Virus record (IMG/VR): IMGVR_UViG_3300047562_003246
Coordinates: 64,001-128,000 of that record
Length of the DNA stretch: 64,000 nt
Strand: one strand, 5' to 3'
Source: a virus
This document shows positions 1-9,456 of this stretch, one piece after another; within the stretch, counting starts at the first letter, position 1, and every line of letters starts with the position of its first letter. The notes under the pieces were generated by a model. That model searched no databases. It saw only the letters and a list, made by a program, of their open reading frames with translations, and was not told the origin of the DNA. Both the position numbers and the translations under genes were made by a program.

Positions 1-1
1 G

Positions 2-1201
2 ACGCAGAAGATTGCTTCGGAGCTACGTGCTGAAGTTATTTCGCCGATGCCGATTCTTTTTTTACTCGATAAAGAAGCAGCAAGGTTAAGAGGAACCGGT
101 AGATCTGGCAGACGCGGAAGAGGGGCGAACCCTAATAACAATCGTGGTGTAGGTAATACACTCAGGGCTCCTGCGGCTCCAGCTGTAAGCGCGAGTCCAA
201 GTACTTATCTCACTGATTCACAGTTGTTGCCCAGGGGTTATTCCTTTGGACAATCCCGACTAACTAGATCTGGTGCAAGTTCTAAAACCGTACCAAGAGA
301 TATGGTAGATTTGGATAACGTTGATCCAAACGACATACACACTCCTGCTTTTACGTCGTCAACATTGACTTCTGGAGGTTCAAGAACTCCTGGTTCAGGA
401 CAATCTACGGCGTCTCCGCCAGGTACTAGAAGTGGACAAGGAACTAGCACTGGTGGCGGTCAAAGTACTGGTGGCGGTGGCGGTGGTCAAAGTACTGGTG
501 GCGGTGGCGGTGGTCAAAGTACTGGTGGCGGTGGCGGCGGTCAAAGCACTGGTGGTGGCAGTCAAAGCACTGGTGGTGGCAGTCAAAGCACTGGTGGTGG
601 CAGTCAAAGCACTGGTGGTGGCAGTCAAAGCACTGGTGGTGGCAGTCAAAGCACTGGTGGCAGCGGTAACCAAGGTAGTCGCAATACTAGAAATAATTCG
701 CCTACACCTATACCAGCGGATCCTGCGATGGACCGAGCAAAAATGCTCGGAGGTATTGGGGCTGGTGCAGTAGGCGGTGCGTTACTTAGCTCATATTTCG
801 GCGGCGGTGGCGATGCTTATGATGAGAATATTCAGGTAGCTGGACCCGATGGTAGACCTGTGCCGATTTCTTATTACACAAAGAGCACAGGGTCAGTGTT
901 CTCTCCTTCGTCCTGGGGAAAGACACAATACGAAAAGGATAAAGAAGTTATGGATGCAGCCAGAAGATTAGGCTGGGTTCCACCTACTCAATATGGACAG
1001 CAAGGTGAATATTACGGTGGCGGCAGCTTCGGTGGCGGTACTAGACTTCCGACCAGTCTTTACAGTATGACTCGCTGGCCAGATCCTCGACATTATCGTG
1101 ATATGGTTTTGAATAATCGAGGCGGTGTACAACCGATTCAACAGCCTCAACCAATCGCACAACCCGCGAACACTGCAGGATTTCAAAATACACTGATATG
1201 A
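2..1201 (+). CDS. 5'-truncated low-complexity Gly/Ser/Thr/Gln-repeat protein, probable virion-internal protein
   Basis: Frame is open from base 2 (TQKIASELRAEVISP-M47), so the gene starts before the window. It has KIAS and KEAA motifs, a TGnQS tandem repeat and a glycine-zipper-like segment MLGGIGAGAVGGALLS. Its stop overlaps the next start (ATGA at 1198-1201). Confidence 0.55.
   Translation, partial: TQKIASELRAEVISPMPILFLLDKEAARLRGTGRSGRRGRGANPNNNRGVGNTLRAPAAPAVSASPSTYLTDSQLLPRGYSFGQSRLTRSGASSKTVPRDMVDLDNVDPNDIHTPAFTSSTLTSGGSRTPGSGQSTASPPGTRSGQGTSTGGGQSTGGGGGGQSTGGGGGGQSTGGGGGGQSTGGGSQSTGGGSQSTGGGSQSTGGGSQSTGGGSQSTGGSGNQGSRNTRNNSPTPIPADPAMDRAKMLGGIGAGAVGGALLSSYFGGGGDAYDENIQVAGPDGRPVPISYYTKSTGSVFSPSSWGKTQYEKDKEVMDAARRLGWVPPTQYGQQGEYYGGGSFGGGTRLPTSLYSMTRWPDPRHYRDMVLNNRGGVQPIQQPQPIAQPANTAGFQNTLI
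449..664 (+). repeat. Coding tandem repeat: one 18-bp unit, three 27-bp units (TGGGGGGQS), five 21-bp units (TGGGSQS)
   Basis: Units read directly: actggtggcggtggcggtggtcaaagt-type at 467, 494, 521; actggtggtggcagtcaaagc at 548, 569, 590, 611, 632. Confidence 0.95.
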
Positions 1202-3741
1202 GAACTACTAGAACATTAACTAATCAGGATCAACAGTTAGTTTCTAAGATTGGACAACTAACTGGCAGGACTCCTGGCAATCTAGTTCGCGGTAAGTCTG
1301 CGCAGCATTTACATGCGATGAGTCGTGTCGCTGGTTCTAGGATCCGCGATCAAATTTCAAGCGGCTTGTCGAAACTCGCAGCTGGACCTAACACTACGCA
1401 GCAATTTAGTGAGTCTTTTGCTGCGATGGCTTTTACGTTTCTTGAAGAGCGTAGTCCAAGCTTGCGAGAATTTATGCTTGGATTTCAAGTAGTTGACAAA
1501 GATGACGAATTAAACACTGCTTTCGGTGTGTTTGGGTTTGAATTACCCAATCGCATTGTGCAATGCCCAGTGTTCTTTGTGCGAGGTCAAATTAAGGGTT
1601 ATCAGGTAATGTTCCTACCTGAGCAGCAATTGTTTTTGCCATCGCATGAAGGTTTCGTACAGCAACTTATCAACAGTGATAATAGCTCGAACGGAGAACC
1701 TGGACCAGTTTGGGGTGACATGTCAACGATGGCAGACCCTGGTGCTGTAGCTGGTCAAATGCCTCGCAGTATCAAGTACGCACAAATTCTTAAAGAGAAT
1801 AGTGCGATGCCGCCTTTGCCTTGGGCGGAAGAAACCAAACTCTACGAGTCTGTCGCTAGCTGGTTTACTGACCCAACAGCGACAAAACAGCTTTCTTCAT
1901 TACTGACAGAGGGTAATTACAAGTCAGCTGCTTGTAGTGCTGACGATGTTTTATCGTTGGGTTCCAGTGTTTTAGAAAGTGCCTTAAGTCTTGCTGTTGA
2001 ATATCCAGCAATGTACAAAGCGATGCGAGGCAGCGAAACGGATCGATTGCAAAAGATTGCTGAAGTCGCCGAGCGTAACGATAGCGAACGAGTCGTCAGT
2101 TCTCGGATTACGTTTGCTGGAGCAGACTTGCCGAAGCTTATCGGTAAGAAGGCGCAGGATCCTACGCAAACCAAAGTTGCTGTATACATTCAGCCTGAGC
2201 CTCCTAGGCTTTTGGACAAGCAATCAAAGGATCAGTATCGAGACAGTATTAGCACGCACGGTATCTACGTCGTAGATAACCGCAGCGAAACTGAAAGAAG
2301 TGTTCTTGAGAAGTTCTCGATTGACGTTGCACAGGACTTTCAGTCTCTCGCACTTACAGAAACAGTAAGTGGCGATGTGCTCATGGAAAACGGCGAAGTC
2401 AAATCTTGTGTGATCGTACCGAAAAATTACGTCATGCAATTTTCGTGGGCGGGCGACCGTACACCAAACATCGTTTTAACATCTGATGGGAAGTCTTTCC
2501 AAGAAACACATGGCAATCCTGTAGTTACTAACGTTAACGAAGAGTCAGCTGCTAATCCTTTGTTGTCGATGGGTTCAACCGGTATGCCAAAGACTCGCGG
2601 AATGTATTTCGCGGTGACACCCAAAGGCAAACTCATCGGACCTTTCTGTTTGCGTAAAAACAGAGACTCAACGGACAAAGGACCGATATCTGTCAGTCGA
2701 TTTAGTCGTATCGATTACATCATGGAAGTCGAAGAGACTGACGAGATATACACAGCGTTTATCGATGGACAGGATTGCGATAATGTACCAATGTCTACGA
2801 GCGCCAATCGAGATAACTGTTTAGTGCTGCCAACAGACACGCGGTATATCAAGATTGATACCGGTAACGATTCGACTCCAAAAGACGAATACGAGTATTA
2901 TTCGCCTAAGCAAAAATCGCCTATCTATCCAGAGACGTACGATACGATCTCGCCAAAGAAGCTTACCGATATCACTTTGTCGATTCGCAAAGAAGCCGAA
3001 GGTTACATTGCAATCGAAAATAAAGTGATCACTGAAAAGATTGCTAAGGCTATCTTGGTCGGCAGTATTGGGTTATCACTTGAAGACGCATCGAAAACTT
3101 TGACAGGTCTGCACACGGGACACCGTCAAAGATTCTTAATCAAGAATGCTGCCACACAGGTGATGCAAAAGCATAATCCTAACGCAGTTTTTCCAATGCT
3201 TGAAGGCCCGGTCGGCGCTAGCGAAGGTAGTCGTGTTCCTTACATAGTTGATAGTCCTGAGTACGCTCAGCAACCTATCGAAACGCCAGCAGAACAGAAC
3301 ATGACTCCGGAAGAAGCTGGATTGCGGGATGCTATGGAAGGGCACCCGACCTCCGGAATGAATCGTGGTCCGATGGCTGCTGATGGAGGCATGTCAATGG
3401 ATCCTGAGATGCAGCAAGTTATGCAGTCAGGCATTGAGGGACCAATGGACATTTCGATTGTTGCTTCTAGCTTAAGTAACGCTCGCGTCGACGGTGCGAT
3501 CACTCAAGCTATCAGGCATTTGCTTGCAGGTATTAGCGAAACAGGACGATTAATCCTGTTGCTTAACGCACAGCGAACAGCTTTTGAAGACATGTATCCA
3601 GAGAACGATATCAAGCCGCTAGAAGATACTCTGCTATCATCGTTTGAAACAGCCGGTGACGCTTACTTGCGTCTGAAGCAAAAAATGGCAATATCTGATC
3701 CAGCTGCAGATGCTGCTGTGCCCTTTGAACACGCGATGTAA
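1198..3741 (+). CDS. Large hypothetical phage protein (847 aa), likely head-associated
   Basis: Long ORF coupled to the upstream gene. Several KxA motifs (KSAQ, KLAA, KYAQ, KSAA, KIAE, KNAA) and a Met/Gly-rich segment near the C terminus. No catalytic motif recognised. Confidence 0.5.
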   Translation: MRTTRTLTNQDQQLVSKIGQLTGRTPGNLVRGKSAQHLHAMSRVAGSRIRDQISSGLSKLAAGPNTTQQFSESFAAMAFTFLEERSPSLREFMLGFQVVDKDDELNTAFGVFGFELPNRIVQCPVFFVRGQIKGYQVMFLPEQQLFLPSHEGFVQQLINSDNSSNGEPGPVWGDMSTMADPGAVAGQMPRSIKYAQILKENSAMPPLPWAEETKLYESVASWFTDPTATKQLSSLLTEGNYKSAACSADDVLSLGSSVLESALSLAVEYPAMYKAMRGSETDRLQKIAEVAERNDSERVVSSRITFAGADLPKLIGKKAQDPTQTKVAVYIQPEPPRLLDKQSKDQYRDSISTHGIYVVDNRSETERSVLEKFSIDVAQDFQSLALTETVSGDVLMENGEVKSCVIVPKNYVMQFSWAGDRTPNIVLTSDGKSFQETHGNPVVTNVNEESAANPLLSMGSTGMPKTRGMYFAVTPKGKLIGPFCLRKNRDSTDKGPISVSRFSRIDYIMEVEETDEIYTAFIDGQDCDNVPMSTSANRDNCLVLPTDTRYIKIDTGNDSTPKDEYEYYSPKQKSPIYPETYDTISPKKLTDITLSIRKEAEGYIAIENKVITEKIAKAILVGSIGLSLEDASKTLTGLHTGHRQRFLIKNAATQVMQKHNPNAVFPMLEGPVGASEGSRVPYIVDSPEYAQQPIETPAEQNMTPEEAGLRDAMEGHPTSGMNRGPMAADGGMSMDPEMQQVMQSGIEGPMDISIVASSLSNARVDGAITQAIRHLLAGISETGRLILLLNAQRTAFEDMYPENDIKPLEDTLLSSFETAGDAYLRLKQKMAISDPAADAAVPFEHAM
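2152..2165 (+). repeat. Dispersed 14-mer GCGCAGGATCCTAC, exact copy
   Basis: Read directly; in-frame as AQDPT. Confidence 0.95.
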
Positions 3742-3744
3742 ACT

Positions 3745-4104
3745 ATGCCACTGATTTATGGAAACGTACCGAGAACACTACCAGGGTCATACCGGTACGC
3801 TAATTCTGCTTTGGTAGACGAGACCCTGACACAGGGTCAAAATACGACACCAAGTTATTTTGAAGTCGCCAAGCATTTACATGACGAAAACAAAGTAACG
3901 CTTGCAATTACTGCCAGCGGTAACTACGAGTTGCTTATTGAAGTTTCCATTGATGACGGCGTAACATTCAAGACGCTTCGGTCAGTGACTCAAGCGGACC
4001 CAGCAATCATACCTATTAGCTACGTTGATTCAAGTATGAAACTGCGAGTTAGGGCCGTGACGCTTACCGGTAGTGCTAGGGTAGTATTAAGACAAGGAGG
4101 TTAG
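3745..4104 (+). CDS. Small beta-rich hypothetical protein with an Asp-box-like motif
   Basis: VSIDDGVTF resembles the SxDxGxTW/F Asp-box; alternating beta-strand pattern. Confidence 0.4.
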   Translation: MPLIYGNVPRTLPGSYRYANSALVDETLTQGQNTTPSYFEVAKHLHDENKVTLAITASGNYELLIEVSIDDGVTFKTLRSVTQADPAIIPISYVDSSMKLRVRAVTLTGSARVVLRQGG

Positions 4105-4165
4105 TCACTGACTAACCTTTGATTTTGGTTTGAAAAAATGTTTCCTGTTTGTTAAAGGAATGAAG

Positions 4166-4573
4166 ATGGATTTGCTGAATTTTCTGATCCGCTTTGGGCA
4201 ACAAAGCATGGACAGCCTGAAAGAAATCATCGCGCTGATTGAAAAGATCACAAAGAGCGAAGATTTGGAAGAGCAGGTCAAGCTCGTACTTGAGATGCTC
4301 AAGATTGCTGTCGAGCTTACACCGACCGAAATGGATGACAACATTGTTGATCTGATCAGCAAGCTGACGGATTCGCCGCTGTTTGACATTCTGCTTCGCA
4401 TGATTAAGCGAAATGACCCGGCTACTTCTGTTGCCTACTTGACGACCGCACAAGTGCAAGAAATCGAAACAGTTCAAATGCAAGGAATTAACTTCCTGCA
4501 GCTTGTTTCGCTTGCTAATCTTGTGATGCAAATTTTGAAGACGATCAAGAAGTCACGACAAGCGACTCTGTAA
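4166..4573 (+). CDS. Hypothetical amphipathic helical protein (holin-like role possible, unproven)
   Basis: ORF track 4130..4573; AAAGGA at 4154-4159 favours ATG 4166. Amphipathic helices; followed by a terminator. Confidence 0.4.
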   Translation: MDLLNFLIRFGQQSMDSLKEIIALIEKITKSEDLEEQVKLVLEMLKIAVELTPTEMDDNIVDLISKLTDSPLFDILLRMIKRNDPATSVAYLTTAQVQEIETVQMQGINFLQLVSLANLVMQILKTIKKSRQATL

Positions 4574-4605
4574 GTCTTCAAGCAAGTTTAAGCTTTTGAT
4601 CTGAT

Positions 4606-4647
4606 ATAAACGGGTAATGCTCTTGGAACATTACCCGTTTATTTTTT
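4606..4647 (+). terminator. Intrinsic terminator
   Basis: Perfect 14-bp stem ataaacgggtaatg / cattacccgtttat followed by a T run. Confidence 0.85.
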
Positions 4648-4655
4648 GATGAAAT

Positions 4656-5738
4656 ATGTACACTTTGCCATCAGATCTACCGGAAGATATTTGTTATATC
4701 CCTCCGGTTATCGTGCATCCTTTTGTTTTTACGGAACTTGAAAGCGTTCCTTGGCACATCGCTGACAGAAAGCTACAAACTTTCTGGCCCATTAGTGATG
4801 GCGGTAAGGATGTTAAAGTCGGCGTGATTGACACCGGTATTGATGCTAATCATGCCGAAATCAAACATGCTTTTGAAAAAGCTGTAGACTTTACCGGTAG
4901 CAGTCGCGGAGCCCGAGACGTACAAGGTCACGGCACTCACGTTGCTAGCAGCATTGTCGGCAAGCAAGTCGGTGGTGCGCCTAACGCTAGGCTTTATGTC
5001 TATAAGGCACTTGGCGATGAGGGCTGGGGCCAAAGCAACTGGATCGCTCAAGCTGTGCTGGCAGCGATTGCCGATGGCGTTGATATTATCAACATGTCTT
5101 TAGGCTCCGATTCGCCTTCTTCCACGATTTACAATGCGCTCAAGAAAGCACACGCAGCTGGGATAATCATCTTTGCCGCGACTGGTAACAACTCTAGTCG
5201 ACGCAATAGTTATCCAGCAGACTTCAACGACGTATGTATGGCGGTAGCTGCAATTGACCGCAATAAGAACCGAGCTTCTTTTTCAAACGCCGGTCAAGGT
5301 ACTGATATCTCTGATTACGGTGTACAAGTCATCGGTGCGCGGGCTGGCGGCGGACTTATCGCTATGTCAGGCACTAGCATGGCTACGCCAGTCTGTGCCA
5401 GCATGGCAGCTAATCGCATTTCGTTCCAGAAGAAGTACGGATTGCCGACGTTGAAAGTCAATGATTGGTATGCCGAGTTTCAGACTTTTTGTGATGATCT
5501 AGGCTCAAGAGGTAATGATCCGTTTTACGGAGCTGGTCAGATCAATCCAGAGAAGGCTTTCGGCGTTGCTCCAAAGAAACCCAAGCCGGATCCTGAGCCA
5601 GAACCGAAACCAGATCCCAAGCCGGATCCTGAACCGGGACCAACTCCTGCGTTCGAGCAGATTGGACGAATTATTAAACGTGATTCCGATGGGGCCATCT
5701 TCGTAGCAAACAACAACGGACTCACTGTTGCTCTATAA
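4656..5738 (+). CDS. Subtilisin-like serine protease (peptidase family S8) with C-terminal PKPDPEP linker
   Basis: Catalytic motifs VGVIDTG (Asp), GHGTHVA (His), ATGN (oxyanion Asn) and SGTSMATP (Ser) are all present in canonical order. Confidence 0.95.
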   Translation: MYTLPSDLPEDICYIPPVIVHPFVFTELESVPWHIADRKLQTFWPISDGGKDVKVGVIDTGIDANHAEIKHAFEKAVDFTGSSRGARDVQGHGTHVASSIVGKQVGGAPNARLYVYKALGDEGWGQSNWIAQAVLAAIADGVDIINMSLGSDSPSSTIYNALKKAHAAGIIIFAATGNNSSRRNSYPADFNDVCMAVAAIDRNKNRASFSNAGQGTDISDYGVQVIGARAGGGLIAMSGTSMATPVCASMAANRISFQKKYGLPTLKVNDWYAEFQTFCDDLGSRGNDPFYGAGQINPEKAFGVAPKKPKPDPEPEPKPDPKPDPEPGPTPAFEQIGRIIKRDSDGAIFVANNNGLTVAL

Positions 5739-5778
5739 TCAGTAAACGCTCTCTCGTTTCCGTGGTTTAGGGAGCTTT

Positions 5779-5826
5779 ACCCGCTTTGGTACCTTGCCGC
5801 CTGTGGTATCCAAAGCGGGTTTTTTA
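5779..5826 (+). terminator. Intrinsic terminator
   Basis: Stem acccgctttggtacc / ggtatccaaagcgggt followed by TTTTT. Confidence 0.8.
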
Positions 5827-5910
5827 TTGCCTGCATCGAATATTTTGTAAATCTGCGACCGTATGGCATGCTTAATTAAACGTAGAGTTTGTTTCTTTAC
5901 AGGCGAAAAA

Positions 5911-7758
5911 ATGAAAATCACGTATTTACTTTTGTTGTGGTTATTTTTGGTATCGACAGCGATTGCTCAGGAAGATCTTGCAGCTCCTGTTGACGATAAA
6001 CCGAGAATCATAGGTCGACCTGATTTAGCTTTAAAGGTTACCGCTCAAAGTGCCAGGGACTTAACCAATGTTGATCCTGCGGCAGCTGCTAATTCTTTTT
6101 ATGTGTGGATTCGAGATCCACAAGATAAAGAGTTTGATGCCATTTATGATTTTGTGCTTAATACGGCTGTCAGTCATGCGGCTGTTTTACTTAAGGCCGA
6201 TCGCATACGTAGCGAGCCAGCAGGTATTATTCTGCGATTAGATCTAAGGCAGTGGATACCCGACGAGAAGCTTCGAGCCAATTTTCGCAAGATCATTAAC
6301 GAAGAGTATTTTGATCCTGCGTTTTATGTGAAAGGCAAAGAGACAATCGGTGCCGCCGCAGAAGTTGCGTTTACTCCGACAAACTTTGACTACATTCAGA
6401 AGCTTTTCGGCGAGCAACATCCAAATTTAATATTCAAGAACGTTATTACGGACTCTACAGAAAATGACTTCAATCGAATTAAAGTAGCAACAGAGCCTTA
6501 CGTAAAAAACGGTACGTTATATCAGGCCGCTTATGTTGTTAATGAGGTTGTCGACTCGCCGGTAACTAACGGTGTGATCTTCGGCCCGGCCCTTCAAGAT
6601 CTGTGTTCACAAGATATACAGGATTTGACAACTATCAGCGGAATGACCATACCGATCGTGGAAGCTGAAAGGTTTATGGTTTTTGCGCTTAGAACACTTG
6701 AAGGCGGTCTTTATTACAAACTTCAAGGACTAATAGATGCCGAAGGTAAAAGACTATCTCAGGAAGAGTGGCTTAAAACTTTCGGTGCTGAAGAAAACGT
6801 TAGTGATGACCTGGGTGGACGCGAATTTGTCGGCATGTGGCACAGCGGTGTTACGAGCAAGCCTAGAAAGATTTCTTTCTTCTACGGTAGAAACCTGCGA
6901 CCATCGTCAGGTCTGCCGTTAGTTGTAGTTACGCAAGATAATTTGGACGAAACAGACGATACGGCGGTGCATCCGATGTACTCCCTATTAGATGTTAAGT
7001 TCGATGCGGCAGAAATTTTGGCGACAAAGCCGAATGGGATGATCGCTTATGGTCTCTTTGACGGTAACGGAGTTTTACAAGACCAAGCACCTGACAATCT
7101 GGTAAGAGATCACACTGTGCCTAGTCCGTTTACAAGCAGATTAGAGTGCGCGATTTCATGTATCAGATGTCATGGTCCGCATGACCAATGGATTCCAGTT
7201 AAAAATCACGTTAAGACATTGTTGTCGAACCTTGATAAGCAGGGACAAAAACTAACTGTCGTAGGTGATCTTACTGAGGACCTAGATATTGCCGAGCTAC
7301 AAGTTAGACTTGCGCACCTTTACAACGGCGATATCGACAGCGCATTGCAATTAGCAAGAGATCAATTTGAAAAAGCTTGCGCTAAAATGAGTCCGCTTGT
7401 TAGGCAAGAAGCTGATTACGCAAAGTGGACCGTACAAGTTCTTTCAGAGCGTTTTGAGAAATACCGGTATACTTGGATAGATCCTCAAGAAGCTCTAAGG
7501 ACGCTTGGCGTGGTAGTTTCTCAAGATCAAGCCAATGACTTATTTGCTCAGGTTGTTCCTGGCGTGGCAAAAAATAACGGACCAGCGTTGTTTGATATTG
7601 CTCTATTCACATTACGTTCACATGCGACTGATAGAGAGCTTGTTATCAGTCGGGAAGACTGGGAAAGAATTTATCAAGCTACTCTGGCGTATGCTATACA
7701 AAATGGATCGTTTCCTTTACCTGAAGAGGTTAAACCAAATGCAGAAGCTAACCAGTAA
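5911..7758 (+). CDS. Exported protein with a CxxCH heme-binding motif (planctomycete-type cytochrome c-like family)
   Basis: Signal peptide MKITYLLLLWLFLVSTAIA; SCIRCH motif; segments HSGVT..R and EILATKPNGMIAYGLFDGNG..D.AP recall a planctomycete monoheme family (from memory, not searched). ORF track start 5863; ATG 5911 preferred. Confidence 0.65.
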   Translation: MKITYLLLLWLFLVSTAIAQEDLAAPVDDKPRIIGRPDLALKVTAQSARDLTNVDPAAAANSFYVWIRDPQDKEFDAIYDFVLNTAVSHAAVLLKADRIRSEPAGIILRLDLRQWIPDEKLRANFRKIINEEYFDPAFYVKGKETIGAAAEVAFTPTNFDYIQKLFGEQHPNLIFKNVITDSTENDFNRIKVATEPYVKNGTLYQAAYVVNEVVDSPVTNGVIFGPALQDLCSQDIQDLTTISGMTIPIVEAERFMVFALRTLEGGLYYKLQGLIDAEGKRLSQEEWLKTFGAEENVSDDLGGREFVGMWHSGVTSKPRKISFFYGRNLRPSSGLPLVVVTQDNLDETDDTAVHPMYSLLDVKFDAAEILATKPNGMIAYGLFDGNGVLQDQAPDNLVRDHTVPSPFTSRLECAISCIRCHGPHDQWIPVKNHVKTLLSNLDKQGQKLTVVGDLTEDLDIAELQVRLAHLYNGDIDSALQLARDQFEKACAKMSPLVRQEADYAKWTVQVLSERFEKYRYTWIDPQEALRTLGVVVSQDQANDLFAQVVPGVAKNNGPALFDIALFTLRSHATDRELVISREDWERIYQATLAYAIQNGSFPLPEEVKPNAEANQ

Positions 7759-8845
7759 GCTACTTGTCGTAGCTTCAATTTTCGCTGTTGGATTGTCTTG
7801 CCTGCAAGTTGCAAAGGCTGGTGATCCATTTTTTCGCAGTCGAGCAGTCGTATTAGGGCACGGACACTGCGTGACTCCAGTTCAGAGCTTTCATCAGCCG
7901 GTCTTTAATTATTCTTCGCCGGTTGTTGTGAAGTCTCATGTTGTAGACTCGCACGTTGTCAGTTCTCACGTCGCTCATCCTGTTCATCATGTCGATAAGA
8001 CTGATGATGTAACTGCAGCGCTCAAAGTCATCACTGACTTCAAGCTCAAACAACAAGCACTCGATCAAGGTCTGAACGCACTAGGCTACACACCTAGTCA
8101 AGCTGCACAGCAGTACGCTCAACCGCAATATGCTCAGCCGCAGCAAGTTTACGGCGGCAATATTAATTACGGTTTGGCTCCTTACGCACAAGGTGCTACT
8201 CAGTATCAGGTTGAATCACTACAGCTGTCGTCGTTTACTGATAATGTTGACGGGGTGAAAGAGCATATCAACTCGCTAATGCGTTTAGCCGAGAATATGC
8301 AAAAGAATAGCCTGACCGTCGGTACTTCTGTACAGTCGACGGTGCAAACACTTGCTGACAGTGCAAGTAAGCAAGCGGAGTCTCAAGTAGAAGTCGCTCG
8401 CATTACTTCTGAAGCCGCAGCTAGGGTTGCTATGATCCAAGCGGCTGCTCAACTTGTTAGCGAAAGCAAACTGAATTCCAAGATTGATCTGAATATCGAA
8501 AGATCTTCTGGTGGTCAGACCGGTGAAGGTACTGTCGGCGAGCCCATCGTAGTCGAGTCCGTAGAGCAAGAAGTTCAAACGCAAGAAATGCCTCAAGCAG
8601 CTATTCCAGCTGGTCTCGACCAAATGACAGCCGTCAAGCTTGTGACCGAGTCTTGCGGAGCTTGCCATATGGGCGGAAAGACGAAAGGTAACTTTTCAAT
8701 GTTAGAGGGACAGATGTCCCAAGCTGATATTGATACTTCGATTGCTGAAGTATTTACCGGTGAAATGCCGAAGCAAGCAAAACTGACCACCGCAGAGCGG
8801 CTGCAGATGGCAGAAGCAATTAAACTTTTTGGCGCTGCTAAATAA
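7739..8845 (+). CDS. Exported protein with His/Val-rich region, coiled coil and C-terminal class I cytochrome c domain
   Basis: Signal peptide from ATG 7739 (MQKLTSKLLVVASIFAVGLSCLQVAKA); C-terminal SCGACH plus distal GEMPK Met ligand, the layout of the planctomycete cytochrome C domain. Overlaps the upstream gene by 20 nt. Confidence 0.75.
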   Translation: MQKLTSKLLVVASIFAVGLSCLQVAKAGDPFFRSRAVVLGHGHCVTPVQSFHQPVFNYSSPVVVKSHVVDSHVVSSHVAHPVHHVDKTDDVTAALKVITDFKLKQQALDQGLNALGYTPSQAAQQYAQPQYAQPQQVYGGNINYGLAPYAQGATQYQVESLQLSSFTDNVDGVKEHINSLMRLAENMQKNSLTVGTSVQSTVQTLADSASKQAESQVEVARITSEAAARVAMIQAAAQLVSESKLNSKIDLNIERSSGGQTGEGTVGEPIVVESVEQEVQTQEMPQAAIPAGLDQMTAVKLVTESCGACHMGGKTKGNFSMLEGQMSQADIDTSIAEVFTGEMPKQAKLTTAERLQMAEAIKLFGAAK

Positions 8846-8847
8846 GC

Positions 8848-9408
8848 ATGAACGCTTTACTGGCTTTATTCAAACTAATTGTTGCGGTGCTGGATTTATT
8901 TGCGCCTCCTCCGGTGAAACCAGATCCAGCGCCTCCTGAAGACAATCCTGACCCTAAACCTCCGGCTCCACCTACGCCTCCTGCTCATCCACTACCAAGT
9001 CCTCTTCCTCCTTCTGTTATTGAGCTACAGACATCTTTGCTTGTCGCTCACAATAGAATGCGAAAAGAAGCCGGTATTAACTCAATGCTTTTGCATAATG
9101 TTGAACTTGCAGCATTAGCACAAAAACAAGCTGAGTATCAGGCTTCCATAGAAGGCTGGAGAAATTTGCATGCAAGGCCAAACGGTGGTAGTCTGACAAA
9201 AGATTTAAAAACTTTATCGTTTGCGATTAGCGGCGGTGGAGAAAATGCAGCAGCTGGATATAATCGGGTTGCTGATGTAATGCAGGGATGGAAAAATAGT
9301 CGAGGTCACTACCAAAATATTATTCGTAGAAATTACACTCTTGTAGGTTTTGGATTTGCCAAAAGTAAAAAGGGTGTTGCCTACTGGGTAGCCATCTTTG
9401 TAGACTAG
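8848..9408 (+). CDS. CAP/SCP (YkwD-like) domain protein with hydrophobic N terminus and Pro-rich linker
   Basis: AHNRMR, LAALAQKQA, GENAAAG, WKNSRGHYQNI, VGFGFA and YWVAIF match the CAP consensus (HN..R, GEN, W..S.GH..N). Confidence 0.9.
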   Translation: MNALLALFKLIVAVLDLFAPPPVKPDPAPPEDNPDPKPPAPPTPPAHPLPSPLPPSVIELQTSLLVAHNRMRKEAGINSMLLHNVELAALAQKQAEYQASIEGWRNLHARPNGGSLTKDLKTLSFAISGGGENAAAGYNRVADVMQGWKNSRGHYQNIIRRNYTLVGFGFAKSKKGVAYWVAIFVD

Positions 9409-9456
9409 ATGTATCAGACCTTTAGTTTCGTTATTCGCAATTCCAAGGAGAATAAA

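Noticed and set aside
449-664. 21- and 27-bp direct repeats as a CRISPR array
   Set aside because: Units are adjacent with no unique spacers, are multiples of 3, and encode a Gly/Ser linker; no cas genes seen.
238-773. ORFs 238..450, 395..673 and 432..773
   Set aside because: Alternative-frame or antisense shadows of the tandem repeat within the main gene.
4656-5738. S8 protease as the capsid maturation protease
   Set aside because: A better-placed protease with HK97-type motifs sits at 14068..15570; the S8 gene is isolated by terminators.
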